Below, one piece after another: positions 60,101 to 64,000 of a DNA stretch of 64,000 nt. This stretch comes from Azolla caroliniana. Taxonomy: Eukaryota > Plantae > Polypodiophyta. The stretch is from the NCBI GenBank assembly GCA_043228905.1, contig JBHGNT010000009.1:16926001-16990000 (forward strand). Reading direction: 5' to 3'. The number at the start of each line of letters is the position of its first letter. Position 1 is the stretch's first letter. Position numbers and translations under genes: made by a program. A model generated the notes under the pieces. That model was not told the origin of the DNA. It made no database searches and saw only the letters and a program-made list of their open reading frames with translations.

Positions 60101-61162
60101 GAGGACCCGGTGAGAACCGGAAAAGATTCGGAAACCGGAGGAGACCCGGTGAGAACTGGAAGAGAGGCATATATGTAAATATGTTTTGAGTAAGCCTATT
60201 GAGGCTATAATTCTAAATAGCCCTAAGTTCATATAAGTATAAATATGACATAGGGTAATCACTTTATGTAGAAGTTGTAGTAGTTGTTGTTGTCATATTG
60301 TTGTACAGAGAGAGCGACACAAAGAGAGTGTGAGATACAGAGAAATACTCTGTTGTAACCGTTGGATGGCAAAGAAACAGAGCTCGAGGTTGTTACCTCC
60401 GAGCCTCTGATTGTACCCTCTTTTTCTTCATTGTGACATTTGGAGTCTGTGGGCTCTCGTGGTTTTTTCCATTGAGGGTTTTCCACGTAAACATCCTGTG
60501 TGCTCTTTTTGTGTGTACATCTATTCCCATTCCTGTGTTACACTCTAATCGAAGTGATTCCAGACTCGGTTGTGGCCGAGTAGTATTCCGCACTATTCCT
60601 CACAAGTTAATGCAGGAGTATAATCAAATGTGGGGAGAGCGTCATACTAAAAATCTCAAGGTCATGTGCTCGATCAAGGTTCATTATATGAAATATATCG
60701 CGAAACTCTTCAGATATAATTTTGATCTATATCCAGTGGAAGAGGTCAATGAGAGGTTGGGATTCGTGAATTGGGACATTGTTCCATTGAAGATGTCAAG
60801 GTCACATGACCGATACATGTTCACCGCACAAAATATGTCGCGAACCACTTCAGGTATTGTGTGGAACTATAGTTACCACAAAAGAATGATTAAATGTGGG
60901 AAGAGAGTCAACGTCATGACATAAAGGTCATGTGTTCAATCTACGTTCACCGCATAAAAGATGTCACGAACAACTTGAGATATGATTTTGATCCACATCC
61001 ATCACTTGAGATATATTTTTGAGGTATCGTGTGGAACTATGGTTACCATAAAAGAATCATGAATTGTTGGAAGATAGTCAAGTTCATGAAATGAAGGTCA
61101 CATGTTGAATTCATGTTCACCTTATATCAAGTTGATTATATCCCACAGAAGTGGCATCAAAC

Positions 61163-61235
61163 GTGGGGATAGCTTAGTTGGGAGAGTGTCAGACTGAAGA
61201 TTTGAAGGTCACGTGTTCGATCCACATTCAACGCA
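61163..61235 (+). pseudogene. tRNA-Phe(GAA)-like copy with several stem mismatches
   Basis: 73-nt match to plant cytosolic tRNA-Phe with substitutions. Confidence 0.75.
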
Positions 61236-62042
61236 AAAAAGGTATCACGAAAAAGTTGAGATATGATTTTGATGCACATCTAGCACAAAGAAACAATTAA
61301 ATACCCGGATAGCCAACCTTTGAGACTAGCACAATAGATATTTGAACGGAACATGTTCAATCCACGTTCCTTGTAGGTATGTTGCGAACAACTAGAGATA
61401 AGATTTAGGTCTACGTGAACCAAAAGAGAAAATTCAAATGCAGGGATAGTTGAGTTCACAGTGTGTCAGATTGAGGACTTGATGCTTAGATGTTGCATAT
61501 ATGTTCAGGATACAATATATGTCGTGAACCACTTGAGATATCGTTTCATGCTCGACCGAAAGAAAATGTCGTAAACTATTAAATTCACCGCAACAATGCG
61601 AGCAAGTGCGTAAATAGTTCACAAAACAAAATATGTACCGAACCACTTGAGATATGACATTTATCCCTAGCTACCGCAAGAGTATAATCAAATGTGGGTA
61701 GACAATCATAATCAAAATCTCATGGTCATGTGCTTGATCCAATTTCATTATAGAGAATATATCGCCGAACACTTCAGATATAATTTTCAACTATATCCAC
61801 TCCAAGAGTACGATGAGATGGTGGGATAGTTGAATTGGCACATCGTTCCATTGAAGATGTCAAGGTCTCCACATTCATCGCACAGAATATGTCGCGAACC
61901 ACTTGAGGTATCGTCTGGAACTATAGTTACCATAAAAGAAATGTGGGAAGATAGTCAAGTTCATGAAATAAAGGTCGCATGTTGAATTCACGTTCACCTT
62001 ATATCAAGTTGATTTATATACCCCCCAAAAGTGGCATCAAAC

Positions 62043-62047
62043 GTGGG

Positions 62048-62081
<34 letters not shown>

Positions 62082-62115
62082 TTGAAGGTCACGTGTTCGA
62101 TCCACGTTCACCACA
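62043..62115 (+). tRNA. tRNA-Phe(GAA), fold-competent copy; function unproven
   Basis: GTGGGGA/TCACCAC acceptor, intact D arm, TCAGA-CTGAAGA-TTTGA anticodon arm, ACGTG-TTCGATC-CACGT T arm. Confidence 0.6.
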
Positions 62116-62924
62116 AAAAAGGTATCACGAAAAACTTGAGATGTGATTTTGATGCCCATCCAGCAGAAAGAAACGATGAAATACCAGGATAGCTATTCTT
62201 TGAGACTCGCACGGTAGATATTTGAACACCACATGTTCAATCCACGTTCCGCGTAGGTATGGTGCGAACAACTAGAGATAAGATTTAGGTCTATTTGAAC
62301 CACAAGAGAAAATTCAACTGCGGGGATAGTTGAGTTCACAGTGTGTCGGATTGAGGTCTTGATGCTCACATGTTGGATCTATGTTCAGGATACAGCATAT
62401 GTCGTGAACCACTTGAGATATCGTTTCATCTCGACTGAAAAAAAATGTTGTAAACTATTAAATTCACCTCCACAATGCGATCAAGTGCAAAAATGGTTCA
62501 CAAAACAAAATATGTACCGAACCACTTGAGATCCGACGTTGATCCCTAGTTACCGCAAGAGTATAATCAAATGTGGGTAGAACGTCAGAATCAAAATCTC
62601 AAGGTCACGTGCTGGATCCAATTTCATTATAGAAAATATATCGCCACATTCTTGAGATATAATTTTCAACTATATTCACTGTAAGAGTACGATGAGATGT
62701 CGGGATAGTTGAATCGAGACATCGTTCAATTGAAGATGTCAAGGTCATAGGATCGATCCACGTTCATCGCACAGAATATGTCGCGAACCACTTGAGGTAT
62801 CGTGTGGAACTATAGTTACCACAGAAGAATGATGAAATGTGGGAAGATAGTCAAGTTCATGAAATAAAGGTCGTATGTTGAATTCACGTTCAACTTATAG
62901 CAGGTTGATCTATATTCCCCACAC

Positions 62925-62967
62925 CAAATATATCAAACAACATATCTCCTACATCATCAAATTTGAA

Positions 62968-63033
<66 letters not shown>

Positions 63034-63187
63034 ATATATATATATATATCTCATCCCTTATCTTCCCTATATAAACCCCCCCAATTCTATATGGTCATGT
63101 GCATCGACCATTTCGTTGTATTACTTTTTAAGTTTCTAAAATGAATTAGTGTTTAGTCTATTTCTCTCTTTGTAAACTTTGTACATA

Positions 63188-63238
<51 letters not shown>

Positions 63239-63334
63239 CTCTCTCTCTCTCGATATAATTGTCACTCTTAATCACACATTCACCCACCGATTGTATACCG
63301 TTCGCAGTCCTTGTATTGACCTCTCGATCTATAA
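62925..63334 (+). other. Microsatellite-rich ~410-bp insert, possibly an LTR fragment
   Basis: (TC)n(TATC)n(TA)n, CTATATAAA and (TC)n(CA)n tracts resemble the R/U5 regions of LTRs in this window. Confidence 0.45.
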
Positions 63335-63769
63335 ACCACTTGAGATCTGACGTTGATCCCTAGTTACCGCAAGAGTATAATCAAATGTGGGTAGACCGTC
63401 ATAATCAAAATCTCAAGGTCACGTGTTGGATCCAATTTCATTATAGAAAATATATCGCCACATACTTGAGATATAATTTTCAACTATATCCACTCCAAGA
63501 GTACGATGAGATGTTGGGATAGTTGAATCGAGACATCGTTCCATTTAAGATGTCAAGGTCACAGGATCGATCTACGTTCATCGCACAGAATATGTCGCGA
63601 ACCACTTGAGGTATCATGTGGAACTATAGTTACCATAGAAGAATGATGAAATGTGGGAAGATAGCCAAGTTCATGAAATAAAGGTCGTATGTTGAATTCA
63701 CGTTCACCTTATATCAGGTTGATCTATATTTTTGATGCCACCACACTCCCCACAAAAGTGGCATCAAAC

Positions 63770-63774
63770 GTGAG

Positions 63775-63817
<43 letters not shown>

Positions 63818-63842
63818 ACGTGTTCGATCCACGTTCACCGCA
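63770..63842 (+). tRNA. tRNA-Phe(GAA)-like copy with weakened acceptor stem (gene or pseudogene)
   Basis: D, anticodon and T arms are perfect. The acceptor GTGAGGA/TCACCGC has an extra mismatch. Confidence 0.55.
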
Positions 63843-64000
63843 AAAAAGATGTCATGAAAAACTTGAGATGTGATTTTGATGCACAACCAACATAAAGAAA
63901 CGATGAAATACCCGCTCGCGTGATAGATATTTGAACGGAACATATGCAATCCACGTTCCTCGTAGGTCTGTAGTGAACAACTAGAGATAAGATTTAGGTC

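Larger units (their letters stand above)
50847..60604 (+). mobile_element. Degraded Ty1/Copia element H (Tork/Tnt1-like), hosting J
   Basis: Diverged LTRs at 50847-51377 and 60056-60604. PBS TGGTATCAGAGC at 51381. PPT GAATGGGGAGAT. gag starts at 51407. LLLYVDDML and TKHIQRRYHWI motifs. Internal deletions and no clean TSD. Confidence 0.88.
60605..64000 (+). repeat. tRNA-Phe-derived ~880-bp higher-order tandem repeat (right block, runs off the window)
   Basis: Best tRNA subunits at 61163, 62043 (period 880) and 63770. About 7 diverged subunits per monomer. Confidence 0.9.

Noticed and set aside
60433-63949. Short ORFs in the satellite
   Set aside because: Not conserved between monomers and no domain similarity.

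Overview
This window is eukaryotic repeat DNA, most likely from a non-seed land plant (fern, lycophyte or bryophyte), judged from the plant-type tRNA-Phe, the tRNA-Trp primer sites and the Tcn1-like and Phygy-like Gypsy elements. No host protein-coding gene is evident. Positions 1-49600 form a deep nest of LTR retrotransposons. It contains three Copia copies, four tRNA-Trp-primed non-chromovirus Gypsy elements (B, D, E, G), a self-primed Tcn1-like chromovirus (C), a further chromovirus (F) and an RTEX-like LINE. Most junctions are resolved to the target-site duplication (TSD). Positions 49601-64000 are a ~875-bp tandem repeat built from about 7 decayed tRNA-Phe subunits, interrupted by a Copia (H) that carries a second Tcn1-like element (J). 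Main observations: (1) five LTR families from two distant Gypsy lineages carry a tRNA-like Pol III A-box/B-box cassette in U3, always antisense and pointing outward; (2) the tRNA-Phe-derived higher-order satellite; (3) conserved -1 frameshift signals, GGAUUUU after the protease in the Trp-primed families and GUUAAAC in the Tcn1-like families; (4) a GCGT/ACGC 4-bp target preference; (5) a three-LTR Copia whose first and last LTR share the same LINE junction. All alignments were done by eye, and the lineage names are inferences.
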